Shown in pieces: positions 36,586-50,986 of a DNA stretch of 64,000 bases. Source of the stretch: Chiloscyllium plagiosum (lineage: Eukaryota); contig NC_057760.1 of NCBI RefSeq assembly GCF_004010195.1, positions 4,559,477-4,623,476 of the forward strand, written 5' to 3'. Position 1 is the stretch's first letter, and each line of letters opens with the position of its first letter. The translations under genes were made by a program, and so were the position numbers. The notes below the pieces were generated by a model. It was not told the DNA's origin, did not search any database, and saw nothing but the letters and a program-made list of their open reading frames with translations.

Positions 36586-37517
36586 AGGAGGAAGTGCTGG
36601 ATGTCTTGAAATGGTTAAAAGTGGAAATATCCCCAGGACCTGATCAGGTGTACCCGAGAACTCTGTGGGAAGCTAGAGAAGTGATTGCTGGGCCTCTTGC
36701 TGAGATATTTGTATCATCGATAGTCACAGGTGAGGTGCCGGAAGACTGGAGGTTGGCAAACATGGTGCCACTGTTTAAGAAGGGCAGTAAAGACAAGCCA
36801 GGGAACTATAGACCAGTGAGCCTGACCTCGGTGGTGGGCAAGTTGTTGGAGGGAATTTTGAGGGACAGGATGTACATGTATTTGGAAAGGCAAGGACTGA
36901 TTCGGGATAGTCAACATGGTTTTGTGAGTGGGAAATCATGTCTCACAAACTTGATTGAGTTTTTTTGAAGAAGTAACAAGGAGGACTGATGAGGGCAGAG
37001 CGGTAGATGTGATCTATATGGACTTCAGTAAGGTGTTCGAAAAGGTTCCCCATGGAAGACTGATTAGCAAGCTTAGATCTCATGAAATACAGGGAGAACT
37101 AGCCATTTGGATACAGAACTGGCTCAAAGGTAGAAGACGTGGTGGTGGTGGAGGGTTGTTTTTCAAACTGGAGGCCTGTGACCAGTGGAGTGCCACAAGG
37201 ATCGGTGCTGGGTCGTCTACATTTTGTTATTTGCATAAATGATTTGGATGTGAGCATAAGAGGTAAAGTTAGTAAGTTTGCAGATGACACCAAAATTGGA
37301 GGGGTAGTGGACAGCGAAGAGGGTTACCTCAGATTACAACAGGAACTGGACTAGATGGGCCAATGGGCTGAGAAATGCAGATGGAGTTTAATTCAGATAA
37401 ACACGAGGTGCTGCATTTTGGGAAAGCAAATCTTAGCAGGACTTATACACTTAATGGTAAGGTCCTAGGGAGTGTTGCTGAACAAAGAGACCTTGGAGTG
37501 CAGGTTCATAGCTCCTT

Positions 37518-37605
37518 NNNNNNNNNNNNNNNNNNNNNNNNNNNNNNNNNNNNNNNNNNNNNNNNNNNNNNNNNNNNNNNNNNNNNNNNNNNNNNNNNNN
37601 NNNNN
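37518..37605. other. Assembly gap inside a CR1
   Basis: Run of N. Confidence 1.
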
Positions 37606-38074
37606 AGGTTTACAAAATTATGAGGGGCATGGATAGGATAAATAGATAAAGTCTTTTCCCTGGGGTCGGGGAGTCCAGAACTAGAGGGCATAGGTTTAGG
37701 GTGAGAGGGGAAAGATATAAAAGAGACCTAAGGGGCAACTTTTATCACGCAGAGGTTTGGTACGTGTATGGAATGAGCTATCAGAGGATGTGGTGGAGGC
37801 TGGTACAATTGCAACATTTAAGAGGCATTTGGATGGGTATATGAAATGGAAGGGTTTGGAGGGATATGGGCCGGGTGCTAGCAGGTGGGACTAGATTGGG
37901 TTGGGATATCTGGTCGGCATGGACGGGTTGTACCGAAGGGTCTGTTTCCATGCTGTACATCTCTATGACTCTATGAGGAGTGCAAAAGCAGGATACAGAC
38001 AGACAGAGAGAATGAGATAGACAGACAGGAAAGTTGAAGAGTAAGCAGGAGCCAATGTAAATTCTGTAGCTGAC

Positions 38075-38218
38075 CTGTTGGAAAGGCTGTGCCATCTGTC
38101 GCAGGAAGTGCTTGGCTATTTGCACTGCTTCATCCACGGTGAGATTGAGGTTACTGTCTGTGATGTGTTCCTGAATCCAGCGAGGCAGCTTCCCCCGTTT
38201 ATCAGCTCGAGCAAAGCG
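38075..38218 (-). CDS. ERCC2: ERCC2 exon 22 equivalent
   Basis: 144 nt, CAG|...|[53 protein letters not shown]. Confidence 0.98.
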
Positions 38219-38339
38219 CTGTCCAGAGAAAGCACTTTGAATCAGTGATAATGTGGTGGACCCAGGGAGGGCACATGGCCCTTAACCCAGTGGACAGTCT
38301 TTGAGATGGGGGCCAAAACACAGCACGGTCACTCGTTGT

Positions 38340-38650
38340 TTAGTACGTGTAGCCACATTACTCTATATTTAGCCTCAGTACAGTATGCATGTGGCCTGCA
38401 GTAGTGTACATTACCCTCAGCCTGTGATACAGTATGCACGTAGCCGGTTACCCTCAGTACAGTATGAATACTACCTGTTGTATAGCTTATGTTACCCTCA
38501 GTAGTGTGCATGCAGCCTGCAGTACGGTACACATTTCTCTCAGTACAGCATGGACATGGTGCATGGGAGAGTATGCATGTGGCACATGGCAGAGTTTGCA
38601 AGCAATTTGTTATAGAGCTCACATGTAGCCCAAAGTGCAGCTTACACATG
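38340..38650 (+). repeat. Degenerate tandem repeat
   Basis: Recurring TTACCCTCAGTACAGTATGCA-like units. Confidence 0.6.
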
Positions 38651-39548
38651 GTCCACAGCAGACAGAAACTAGTTCATGGGTCGAGAGGGGGAGGAAAGAA
38701 GAGAAACGGAGAATGCTAGAGTACAGTCCTATGGTTCTCTGCAACCTACAGTCCCCACGGTGCATTTCTACTTTCTTTAACTGGTTAATGTTTCTGTGTC
38801 TGGATGTTTGGAAAGATCTGCTCTGAACTCTGACGAAGCATCTGTACTTAAATTCCAGATGAGAAGCTGAGGTGCTCAGTTCTGTTACCATTAATAGCTT
38901 GGGATATTTGGGAGTTGACATGGATGGCAGTGTTGTACATGGTGAGCAAACTGCATAGCAACCGCTTGTAGAGGCAAATAGCATAGAAAATCCACAAATT
39001 CTTGTGGGAGGAGTTCAAGGTTGTGAAATAAAGGTTCTTATTATGGTGTCACAATCCGAGGCTATTCTCCACCATGCAGTCTCTGATACTTAGCACAAGC
39101 CAAACTCTAAATAACCCTGAGCGAAGCAATTTAATCTGCATTTATTCAAATCAACACACACTATGACCATGGATTTATGATGCTGTCTGTTTGTAGAGAT
39201 ACCTTTCCCATATGGATAGCAGCAGTTCAAGGTGGCAGTTCACCACTGTCTTCTCATGGGTAATTGGGAATGAACAATTAATACCAGCTTTGCTGGTGAC
39301 ATCCAACTAGAACAAAAATGTTGATATGAGTGATTATTCTGAACACTTTGCTGCTCGATCTCATACAATAATAAGGCCGGTTAAACCCTAAGTTATAAAT
39401 CTCCTGGGTCACTTGGATTTAAACAGCACAGAAATAGATTATCTTGCAGCTGAACAAACAATGCTCCTGAAAAAGCCACACAGTCCATTTTTAATTCAGT
39501 TTGATCAGTAATCACAGGCAAATTGCATATTTACTAAGACTGGTTTCA

Positions 39549-39719
<171 letters not shown>

Positions 39720-40187
39720 TCAATGAAGTTCAGAAATATCAAGGCAGTTCTTAAATTTGTTTTTGCATAATAGAACTCACTTCCAGATTTTGCCCTTTGC
39801 TCTGTCCATCATCTTCTCTACTTTCAGCATCTCCTGTGATCTTCTCCAGCCACTATAACCCTCCCTCATCTCCTGTCACCTCCTCCAGCCCCTATTGATA
39901 CTGCCTGACAAATTGAGTTTCCCCATTAATTTGTTTCATTTCAGATTTCCAGCATCTGGAACATTTTGTTTTTGCATTAAAAATAATAGATCACCCATTT
40001 AAAATAAATAATCAAAAAATGGAGGTAAGGAGAAATATTTATCAGAAGGTGTAAATAGGTTTATTGAATACTTTTAAAGCTAGACACAGACAGATTCTTG
40101 ACTAATAAGGGACTCAAGAATAATCAGTGACAGGTATACAGTGACAGTTGAGGCCACAGCCAGACCAGCTGTAATCTTATTAAATGG

Positions 40188-40452
40188 ATTGTATTATAGA
40201 CCCCCTAATAGTCAGAGGGAAATTGAGAAACAAACTTGTAAGGAGATCTCAGCTATCTGTAAGAATAATAGTGGTAATGGTAGATTGGGACTGCCATGGT
40301 GTTAAGGCTTTAGATGGAGAGGAATTTGTTAAGTGTGCACAAGAAAATTTTCTAATTCAGTATGTGGATGTACCTACTAGAGAAGGTGCAGAACTTGACC
40401 TGCTCTTGGGAAATAAGGCGGGGGGGCAGGTGACTGAGGTGTCAGTGGGGGA
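40188..40452 (+). mobile_element. Internal CR1 endonuclease fragment flanked by a 45-bp direct duplication
   Basis: YYRPPNS...FLIQYVDVPTREGAELDLLLGN; duplication at 40143-40187 and 40453-40497. Confidence 0.85.
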
Positions 40453-41604
40453 GACAGTTGAGGCCACAGCCAGACCAGTTATAATCTTATTAAATGGTGC
40501 AGCAGGCTTGAAGGGGCTGAATGGTTTAAACTGGCCTCTAAGATACTTCAGTATCTGGAAGAAAGTGAGTGTCCTTATGCCTAAAATATCAAATCTTCTG
40601 CTCCTCGGATGCTGCCTGACCTGCTGTGCTTTTCCAGCACCACTTTCTCAATTTCTACTTCAGTAACTGGTCTAAGTAGTCTGGTGCACAGCATACACAT
40701 GACATCACATTGAGACAAGGAGCAGAAATCCTGAATAACATTTCCATTCGTGACCACAGGGCCACTGAAATCAATTGTGGACACCCCCGAGTACACAAAC
40801 TGCAAACAGTGGAGATCGAAGCGACCCATCTTTCTGTCATTCCTGCTGAAACACATAGCTGGGTGACTGCTTGTGCAGGGCTGAGCATGGTTAAAAACAA
40901 AAAGACTCTGATTTTTTTTTAATGACAGAGAATCATGTAATTATAGCACTTTTTGTGGCCTGTAACGAGATGAAAATGCTTTTAGGCTACTTCAGCTGGG
41001 TAGAATTATTAGACTTCATGTAGGTGGAAACATTAGTTTTCTTCCTTGCTTACCTTCTATTACCCTTAAAACTGAGGGCCAGCCCATTTTGTATCAAATC
41101 AAATTAGTGGCCTCAGCATTTCAGCCTTCAGTACAGTTAGACCCTGTCATATAGGATGAAGTCCGCACTAACAACAGAACATCACTTCACTGAATTAGGT
41201 GTAAAGCACAGCAGATGATGATGGCAATATTTCAAAAACTATTTTCCAATGTGACCCTATTTTAACTTGCCTCTACATTCTCAAATGTAATCAGTGATGG
41301 GTAACAAAGACTGGCCTCACCAGTGATGCCCACGTCTTCGTTAATGAATATTTTTAAAAAAACTGAAAATTAACATCACTTCCAAGTACCAGCGAAAACA
41401 AAACAGCACAGGAACCTCTAACATTCAATTATTAATGTATATATGTTAGAAATCACAAACACTTTTGAAATCTGTGCTTTTACAGTTCTTTGTAAAAATG
41501 TGGTAACTGTCTGTACCCACGCAGCCAAATAATCGATGTACTAACCCTAACCTATCACAGGTGTCTGAAGACCTATTGATGCCTTCTTTCTCCTCATCCA
41601 GATA

Positions 41605-41835
41605 TACACTTCTTTCTGTTGTCCCTGTTCTGGGAGTGTTTGACGGCGACTGTGCAGAGGGAACTTTATTCTGTAGCTAACCCTGTGCTGTCCCTGCCCT
41701 GGGAGAGTTTAAGGGGGACAGTGCAGAGGGAGCTTTACTCTGTATCTAACTTTGTGCTGTCCCTGTTCTAGGATGACTTATTGGGAGAGAATAAAGGAAG
41801 CTTTACTCTGTATCTAATCATCTGTTTGGAGCTGA
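41605..41835 (+). repeat. Tandem repeat of about 69 bp (also at 6140-6340)
   Basis: Repeating CTGTCCCTG..GGGAGTGTTTGATGGGGACAGTG..GAGGGAGCTTTACTCTGTATCTAAC. Confidence 0.8.
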
Positions 41836-42066
41836 TTCTGAGTGCTCTAATTGATAATAAAAAATATTCACCACCTAAATTAAAAGTAATAAGATACAAA
41901 CAATCACTGGTGTTCTCAGTGGTTTGTTTATCAGCACCTCTGAAAAGTCCTGTTTTTTTTTCCATACATTGATTCTGTCCGTGTTGCTGGTGCTGGCTAT
42001 GCACTTGAGTCTCCCAATGTTTATCAGGTTATCACCCACATCACCAAACACCACAAACAGATATTA

Positions 42067-42186
<120 letters not shown>

Positions 42187-42215
42187 TCAATGAACACGAA
42201 TTGAAACACTGGAAT

Positions 42216-42552
42216 GATTAGATTAGATTAGATTGCCTCCCGTGAGGAAACTGGCCCTTCGGCCCATCAAGTCCACACCAAATCTCCGAAGAGTAACCCA
42301 CCTAGACCCATTCCCCTACCCTATATTTACCCTTGACTAATGCACCTAAGACTATAGGCAATTTAGAATGGCCAATTCACCTGACTTGCACATCTTTGGA
42401 TTGTGGGAGGAAACTGGAGCACCCAGAGGAAACCCACGCAGACATGAGAAGAATGTGCAGACTCCACACAGACTCTGTCACCTGAGGCGGGAATCGAACC
42501 CAGGTCCTTGGTGTTGTGAGGCAGCAGTGCTAACCACTGAGTCACTGTGCCG
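42216..42552 (-). mobile_element. tRNA-derived SINE in ERCC2 intron 19
   Basis: Reverse complement of the same family with a (GATTA)n tail, ending about 60 nt upstream of the exon 20 acceptor. Confidence 0.88.
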
Positions 42553-42759
42553 CTGTGAGCTGAAGTTAATTGACTGGGATGGCAGAACAGAAGAAAAGCA
42601 TTGAAAAACATCTGGCAACTTGCGCAACTAGTAACAAAATCAAAGGAAATTCTGCAGATCAAGGAGTCAATTACAGGTCAATTGGTACATCTCTCTCTTA
42701 CACACATACATCCAATGTGCCTCATTTGATATGCTGCTTCAGGTCATGTGGGAGAGTAA

Positions 42760-43490
42760 AAAAAATTGCCAGATGCAATACAATATGTAGAAATGTGAGG
42801 TTATCCACTTTGTCAAAGTATATCCTAAAGGTTAAGGGATTAAGAGGTGCTGAAGTTCAAAAGGACCTTTGATGCCTTTGTAATGTATCACTGAACATTA
42901 ACATGCAGGTACAGTACGTAGTGATATTTTGGCCTTTATTACAAGAGGATTTGGGCATAGGAGTAAAAGTCCCTTACTGTAATTGTAGACAGCCTTAGAG
43001 ACCAGACGTAGAGTATTGTATGCAGTTTTATTTCTTTAATTAAGGAGAGTTATACCTGCCACAGAGGGAGTGCAGCAAAGTTTCACCAGTCTGATTCCTA
43101 GGAGGAAGGGATTCCCCCATGAGGAAAGATAAAATAGATTGCACCCAATATTCTCTGAAGTTTAGAAGAATGAGAGGTGATCTCATTCATACAGATAAAA
43201 TACTTAAAAGAGAACCAGAGGCTGGATACAGGAAGGACGGTTCCTCTGGACTAGGGGTGTTGGACCAGCCACTGATAACTGAGATGGAGAGGAATTTCTT
43301 CACCCAGAGGGCCATGAATCTTCGACATTCTCTGCCTAAAGGATATGGAAGCTCAGTCTTTGAATAAGTCCCAAGCTGAGGCTGATGATGTTTTTAATTT
43401 GTAGAAATCTAAGTGATACAGGGACAGTGCAGAAGGATATTGTTGAAGTATATGATCAGTCACAGTCCCACTGAATGGTGAAGCAAGTTT
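42760..43490 (+). mobile_element. Old CR1-type LINE 3' fragment
   Basis: RRMRGDLI and RNFFTQRAMN motifs; heavily decayed. Confidence 0.7.
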
Positions 43491-43982
43491 CACCATTCTC
43501 CCGCCCCGCTCTATTTTGTTCTTGTGACTAAAAGCTGATTTAAAGGAGCATCCTAAAAGCAAAAAGAGAGGTGCAACAGTTTCAGGGAGGGAATTCCAGA
43601 GTGGAAGGCTCAGGCAGCTGAAGGCACAACTGTCAATGAAGGAGAGGCTGGAGATACTGATACTGCTTACACAGGAGCACAGAAGGCTCAGAAAAGATTT
43701 AATAATGATCCTTAAAAACTACAAAATGTTTCAATAGAACTAAATATTTCCACTGGCTATTGATTCAATGAGAGATTATTTAAAACTGTCAGAGTGAGCA
43801 GAAAGGGGTTAGTTACACCTTGGCTTAGTAGCTGGTTAATCCTTTACAACAGGAAATGGTGGAGGCAGAAATCAGTGCATCTTTGCTAAAACACTGCACC
43901 ATAACTGTAGGAGGGCATTCTGTGATGTGCAGTCACTGTGCAATATCGCAGGGAGTGTCCACATCAAAAAAAGCACTGATGT

Positions 43983-44277
43983 GTGTCACCTTCTGCGTGA
44001 AAAAGTTACCCCTTAGGTCTCTATTGTTTCTTTCCCGTCTCACTCTAAACCTATGCCCCCTAGTTCTGGACTCCCCCACCCCAGGGAAAAGACTTTGTCT
44101 ATTTATCCTATCCATGCCCCTCGTGATTTTATAAACCTCTATAAGGTCACCCTTCAACGTCTGAGACTCCAGGGAAAACAGCCCCAGCTTATTTAACCTC
44201 TCCCTGTAGCTCAAATCCTCCAACCCTGGCAACCTCCTTGTAAATCTTTTCTGAACATTTTCAAGTTTCACAACATC
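43983..44277 (-). mobile_element. CR1-type LINE fragment
   Basis: KLENVQKRFTRRLPGLEDLSYRERLNKLGLFSLE. Confidence 0.88.
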
Positions 44278-45305
44278 ACTTCTTCATTAAAGGGACACGT
44301 TTCGTTAAGTGCAGCAATGAATAACTGAAGTAGGGAGCAAGGCAGCAAGGGAAGGGTCAAGGCTGATAGTGAAGGGAAGCAGCGAGGGGAGCGGTAAAGG
44401 CATTGAGGGGAGAGTCAAGCGAGATAATGAGGAAAGCAGGGAGTCAAGGGGAATGGTGATGGAAGAGAGTGGGAAGCCAACTGAGACAGCGAGGGGAGTA
44501 CGGCAGTGAGATAAGAGGTGCAGCAAGAAGGCAGTAGTGACTGTTCATCATAAACTGGGGAATATGAGTGCCAGGTCTGCAGTACTCCACACACCGAGTG
44601 CTGATATTGTCTTCCTGACAGACATTGACAATGTCAGTAGCACTGATCTTTTGTCCTGATACTGTGGCAGGGAATCAAATGTTTGTCAAAATCTTGGATG
44701 AGTGGGGCAGTGGGATCGGTTATAGACTTTATAGCGAAGGATTAGTGCTGACTTAATTATCAAAGTTTCTGATCCAACTGTACAGATATGAAGAGGAATC
44801 TTCCTCAGTTATTCTTACAGATACTCAGACTAATCAGATGTCAGACTGGCATTTTCCAAAATCTAAAAGTGACATTATTTCACTGCATCAAATACACAAC
44901 CAACTTTCCTAATGCCAAGGTGAATTGCTTGATAAAGTCCTACTGCAGTAATAGTATCTCAGTAGAATTATCTGTCCTGGTGAAACTTTGCATCATCAGG
45001 TAGACTGTGACTGTACAGGACATGCATTAAAGCTTATGTAAAGCCACCCTTCATTGGTGATCAGGAATGAGCACTCGATCAGCATTCCATCTGCCTATGT
45101 CCACTTTTCATTCTCAATAACACAAAGGAACTGATGTGTAAATCTGATGGTATGGAAATTGGTAGGCTGATTCTGCTACTCCCTGAATTTTACATGCCAA
45201 TGTGTTGAACAATTTAACAAACGCGCTCCACGCTCATGAAGCAGCGATTCACATTGCAATTACACCTCTCATAGCAAAGTGACAAAAATTAATCGTGACA
45301 CTGAC

Positions 45306-45378
45306 CAAAATCTATCCCCTCGGAGACCTTTCCTCTAGCGACAGACAGTAGGATGGCGCCTCGTCCATTCTCACATGC
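45306..45378 (-). CDS. ERCC2: ERCC2 exon 19 equivalent (motif V)
   Basis: 73 nt, CAG|...|[29 protein letters not shown]. Confidence 0.98.
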
Positions 45379-46645
45379 CTGCCAATGAAACAGAAACATT
45401 ACTGAGCAGTAGCTGTTGGGAGGGAACTGTAGCACAACTGTGGAATATACAGCCTCAGCTAATTCAGTCACTCAGCACAGAATAGGCTCTTCAGTTCACC
45501 AAGTCTGCAGTGACCTATCTACACTATCCCCACTTTCCAGCACTGGGCCCATAGCTTTGAACATTATGATATTTCAAGTGTCCATCCAAGTACTTTTTAA
45601 AGATTGAGGGGTTTTCTTGCCTCAACTATCCTCCCAGGTAGTGCACTCCAGAATCCCACCATTTGTCAGTGAAAAAAATCTTTTCCTCAAATCCCCTTAA
45701 AATCTCCTGTCTTTCACCTTAAAATTATTTCCCTTATTATTGATCTTCAACTAAGGGGAATAGCTGTTTTCTATCCACCCTATCTATGAACCTCAGTCTG
45801 GTCCCCTCTCAGCCTTCTCTGCTCCAAAGAAAATACCCAATTTGATCCAGCCTCTCTTCATACCTAAACTGCTCCAACCTGGTGATCTTCTCTGCACTCC
45901 CTCCAGATTGCTTTCTGGTGCTTAATTCACTACCTTATCTGAAGGGACTGATTCCGTGCTGGGAGGTAATCATTAGCCAAGTGACAAGTCTTCCAGTGGG
46001 ACCCCGGGGAACTACCCAGTGGAGGGCATTAATCCAGTGCCCAACCTGCCCTCATCAGACACCCATGTGTACTCAAACTATTTTCTGTCTCTGGATAGCA
46101 ATCAGAATCCACTTTCCAAAAAAAAAACAGACTGTGGGTTGAAAACGACACCTCCTGATTTCTGTGGTTAAGTGTTCAGCTGTAACATTTTTGCTCATTG
46201 TGTGCAGTGCACTAAAACTCTCACTCTGTCAGGCCCTTGAAATATTTTTGATCAGTCACACTTTCATTTGATCGTGGCCATGTTCAACATGGCCTCCGTA
46301 GGTTCATGCAGATTGCTGCATACGCGGGAACATTGTTCACTGCACTAATTACTCCAGTATAAACCAGACTCAAACCCCAGGACAGAGCCGAGGGACCGCG
46401 GCACAGTTAGAGGGTCAGCACCGAGGGCGTGCCACAGTGATGGAGGAGACCATCATGTCAGTCAGATGTTAAGGTAACCATCCTGTTTACCTGTCTAGGT
46501 GCGTATAAACCAGAATTGACAGTGTGCTCTTGAGGTCAAGGTTACACTGACTCCCTTGACCATTGACAGTCAGTTATCAATACTGGTAACATCAGAATTT
46601 TCAGTCTTGCCTTGGGTAATTCAACCCTACTTTGGTTTCACTTAC

Positions 46646-46738
46646 CTCCTGGTATTTCTCCAGGGCCACACTGGTCTCTGCAGCATCCTGAGTTTCAATA
46701 AATATAAGTTTGTTACGTTGAATATTTTCGAGAATTCC
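46646..46738 (-). CDS. ERCC2: ERCC2 exon 18 equivalent
   Basis: 93 nt, TAG|...|[36 protein letters not shown]. Confidence 0.97.
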
Positions 46739-48147
46739 CTAAAAGGAAAAAGGGAAAAAAAAAAGTTTTCTTAGCCCATAAAGCAAGAAAGAAATGTTAT
46801 TCCTGGTACAGGTGATATTATTTGGCACAAAAACAGACAATGCTGGAAATACTGAGCTTGCCAGGCAGTGTCTGTGCAGAAAGAATCAAAGTTAGCATTT
46901 TGCTTTGAGGACCTGGTCAATGAACTGGAACAAGTTAGAGATGTAAAAGGACAAACTTGCTTTTTATTTGAATTCAATCCTATCCTCTCCTTCCCCGCCC
47001 TGCATTGTCCACTCAAGTGAAAACTTGTGGAACAAGAAATTATTTTTCGTTTAGGCAGTTTACTGCAGTCTGGACAAAATGCTCAGACACAACACTCTCG
47101 ATAACTTGAGAGAGAACCCTGAGATAGCAGTGAGGGGTAAAGCAGTTTAATGCACAGTGTTTATAAGTAAAAGGAGCCTGTCTTCCTACTGGATCTTTCG
47201 GACAGGATTTCAGTCTGCAAGATCAGGCAGTTAGCATTCGCCAACCATTTTTAAAAAAGTTTCAGCAATTAAAGGGGCCCCACTGTTCACACTTGCTTGG
47301 AACCCCACAACAACCATTGCTTCATTGGAGCTGGCAATCCCACTGGGAGGGGGAGTAGGTCATAACCCATGGGTTGGGAAGCCCTATTCTCAGAATATAT
47401 TTTGTTCTTTTACTTTTACCAACACCATCTCATTTTGCCATGCACCTTCATCCCAGCACTTAATGAATCACTCCTGCTTCCACTCTATCACAGAATTTCT
47501 CTTCTTCTGCTGTTCCCCCATCCACCTCTGTACTTACTTAAATCCTGTGACATCTCCAACTTTTTCCATTTCTGATTAAAGGTTGTTTTCCTTTTATTGA
47601 ATTTGGTATCTGGGAGTAGATAATTAGTCAGCTCAGAGTATAAACAGATCAGGCAAGAAGGGGAGGTTGAGATGGAAAGGAGAAGGGAGGGCAAACAAGG
47701 GAAGCAAAGGACAAACAACAAAACACAAACATGCAACTAGACAGATACAGGAGGAAGAACACATACATCCAATCATGTACACGCCAGTGCAAATGTACAT
47801 ATGCATGCATAGCCAGGCAGTCTGACACAGATACATGCATCTTATCGTAATGAACACCACACAATGAACTGTGTCTACTGTCCCTAATTTTGGTTACTCT
47901 CACAAGCCAAAGCCATTGTCAACAGATCGGATAACTCAGGATAGACCACAAGTTGGGATAGAGATATGCCTGTCAGTGGCTGCACATAACAGTTACTGAG
48001 CTGGGGCATGCTATCAAGTTACAATGAGGAATATTAAAAACAAATCTTCTTGAGCCAAGAGACCTGTCCTTGTTGGAACTTGTCATGTCCTGAATCATCA
48101 GTTGCTGTGAAGGTTGAGTGAGTCTGAAGGAAAAGCCCGTCATTTAC

Positions 48148-48269
48148 CTGTTCATACCAGGAGGCAACGATATTCTCCATGTAATGGTAACTAGTAAAGA
48201 AAGACACAATTCCATCTGGGACAATGGCCGACATCTCCAGCAACAGGTTACCATAGTTACGAATCACAG
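48148..48269 (-). CDS. ERCC2: ERCC2 exon 17 equivalent (motif IV)
   Basis: 122 nt, AG/GT; (A)[40 protein letters not shown]. Confidence 0.97.
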
Positions 48270-48699
48270 CTGGAGCCAAGAGAGAGAACTCAGTTATTAT
48301 CAAAGGTTGCAATTACTGAGGAACCCCAGCAAAAGATGAATGCCCTCATTACGAAAAGTGGAGAATAGCAATTGGCTTGTAACCAATGTCAGCAACTGAG
48401 AAAGTGTGGAGGTTGTCAAACCTCAAGAGAAGTGAGTCAGAGCAAAAGGCAGTGAGTGTGCAGGGGCAGGAGAACTGATTGGAGGGATTGAATAGTCTAT
48501 TTCTGTTCCAATGATAAGACGGAGGTTTTGGACACATCAGGAGAAAGTTCGAAGGAACAACAGTTTGAGTGGAAAGACTGAGTGAATGGGTGCAAACCTA
48601 ACAGTAGACTTGCAGTTGCCTGACACTTGCCCCTTGCACATTCACTGCCTCTTACTTGGACTCATTGCCCGAGGTTTGACAACCTCCACATTTTCTCAG

Positions 48700-50940
48700 T
48701 TTCTTTTTGGGGAGAAATAAAAAGCAAGAGAAGGAACCCCTTGGTAGGAGTAACTTACAAATCCCTGAACAGTACTTCCAATGTAGGGCACATTATAAAC
48801 CAGGAAATAATGAGGGCTTGTGAGAAGGGTACAACAGTAACTATGGGTGATTGGAACATGCACATTGATTGGATTAATCGCTTTGGCAAGGGTAGCCTCG
48901 AAGAAAGGGTCATTCAGTGTACGCAGGTCTGTTTCTTACAGCAACATGTCACGCAGCCAATCAGAGAACTGGCTACTTTAGTTTTCCTATTATGTAACTA
49001 GAAAGGATTGATAAATGATCTTATAGTTAAGGATCCTCTTGGAAGGAGTGACCACAACATGGTGGTGTTTCAAATGCAGATTGAAAGAGTGAAGACAAAG
49101 TCCCAGTCAAGAGTTTTAGTGTTGGGTAAAGGTAATCACACAGGCCTGAGGAAGGAATTGGTCCAAGTGGACTGAGCAAAACTATTAAATGGCAGGACAG
49201 TTGAAGAACTGTGGCAAATGCTTGGGGAGATATTAAATACCTCTCAATCAAAGTATATTCCTAAGAGGAACTGTAGAAAGGTGAAAAATCATCCATGGCT
49301 TAACAAGGAAGTCAGGGATCACATCAAGGGCAAAAAATGTAGGGCATAGCATACAGCAAAAGGTAGTTCCACTCTCAAGGAGTGGGAGAACTTTAGATAT
49401 TAGCAAAGTGTTATGGAAAACAAAATCAAAAGAGCAAAGAGAAACTACGAAAGGAAACTTGCAGAAAACACAGGTACTGGTACCAAAAGCTTCTATAAGT
49501 GTATAAAAAGGAAGAGAATTAAAAGTAAATGTTGGCCCTTTAGAGAATGAAAATGGTGAGGTCATATGGGAAACTCAGAAATGGCAGAGGCACTAAACTC
49601 ATATTTTGTCTCTGTTTTCAGTGAAAGATAATAATTTCTTCCCAAAACTGTAGTTACTACAGGAATTTGGTGAAATGACTATGACTAGAGAGAAGGTGTT
49701 AATTAAACCGATGGGATTAAAGGCTGCTAAGTTCAAGGGGCTGATGGTCTGCACCCTACAGCATTAAAGGAAGTGGCAACAGAAATACTGGATGTATGAG
49801 TTACAATATTCCAAAATCCCCTGGATTCTGGAAAAGTACCAGTAGACTGAAAACATACTAATAAGACCATAAGACATAGGAAGAGAAATTAGGCCATTCA
49901 GCCCATTGAGTCTGGCTAATGTTTTTCAACCCCATTCTCTCTATACCCCTTGATCTCCTTGACAATAAAGAACCTATCCATCTCCATCTTAAATATACAC
50001 AATGACTTGGCCTTAATAATGTGACACTGGATTAGAGGTGCTGGAAAAGCACAGCAGTTCAGGCAGCATCCGAGGAGCAGTAAAATCGACGTTTCGGGCA
50101 AAAGCCCTTCATCAGGAATACAGGCAGAGAGCCTGAAGAGTGGAGCCCTTCAGGTTCTCTGCCTGCATTCCTGATGAAGGGCTTTTCCCCGAAACGTCGA
50201 TTTTACTGCTACTCGGGATGCTGCCTGAACTGCTGTGTTTTTCAGCACCTCTAATCCAGAATCTGGTTTCCAGCATCTGCAGTCATTGTTTTTACCACAA
50301 TAATGCGACACCACTGTTCAAAGAAGGAGATAGACAAAAGTGGGAAACTACAGAGCAGTTAGTTTGACCTCTGAAGTGAGGGAGTTGCTGGAGTCAATCA
50401 TAAAAGAAGTGATAACTGAACACTTGGGAAAACAAAGCTCAATTCATCAGTCAACACAATTTTATGAAGGGCAGGTTGTGCTTGACAAACTTGCTGGAGT
50501 TTAAGATGTAACTAGCAAGGCAGATAATGGAAATCTGGTGGATGTAGTATATCTAAACTTTCAGAAGGCATTTGACAAGGTGCTGCATAAAAGGCCAATC
50601 CAGAAGGTTAGATCCTGGGGGTCAAGGATAGAGTATTGACTTGAACAGAAGATTGACTGACTGAGAGAAAGCAGGTGGTCAGGACAAATGGGTCCTTCTC
50701 TGGATGGCGACTGTAACTAGTGGTGTGCCACAGGATTCAGTTCTTGTATCTCAACTATTTACATGGTATATAAATTATCTGCAGGCAGGGACAGAATGTA
50801 ACATAGCAAAATTCACAGATGGATATTGAGAGGCTAGGAGAACGGGCCGGAATCTGACAGATGGAGTTTAATGTGAATAAGTGTGAGGTTGCCCATTTTG
50901 GCCAGAAAAACAAATGGGCATATTATTATTTAAATGGTAA
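48700..50940 (+). mobile_element. Decayed CR1-type LINE ORF2 fragment with nested insertions
   Basis: VGVTYK, MGDWN and SDHN-like endonuclease motifs; RT motifs at about 50330-50900; boundaries approximate. Confidence 0.8.
50027..50297. mobile_element. Penelope-derived fold-back in ERCC2 intron 16, hammerhead cores on both strands
   Basis: About 110-bp inverted arms; TSD AATAATG(T/C)GACAC; cores at 50084-50119 (-) and 50167-50202 (+). Confidence 0.88.
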
Positions 50941-50986
50941 GATTTCACACACCTGACTGGCAAAGAGATTCATTAAATTCTGTAAT

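Larger units (their letters stand above)
35584..37976 (+). mobile_element. CR1-type LINE ORF2 fragment (5'-truncated) in ERCC2 intron 22
   Basis: SDHNSI (endonuclease end), PGPDQVYPR, NYRPVSLTS, SQHGF, FADDTK; (CTATGA) tail; contains a SINE and an N gap. Confidence 0.95.
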
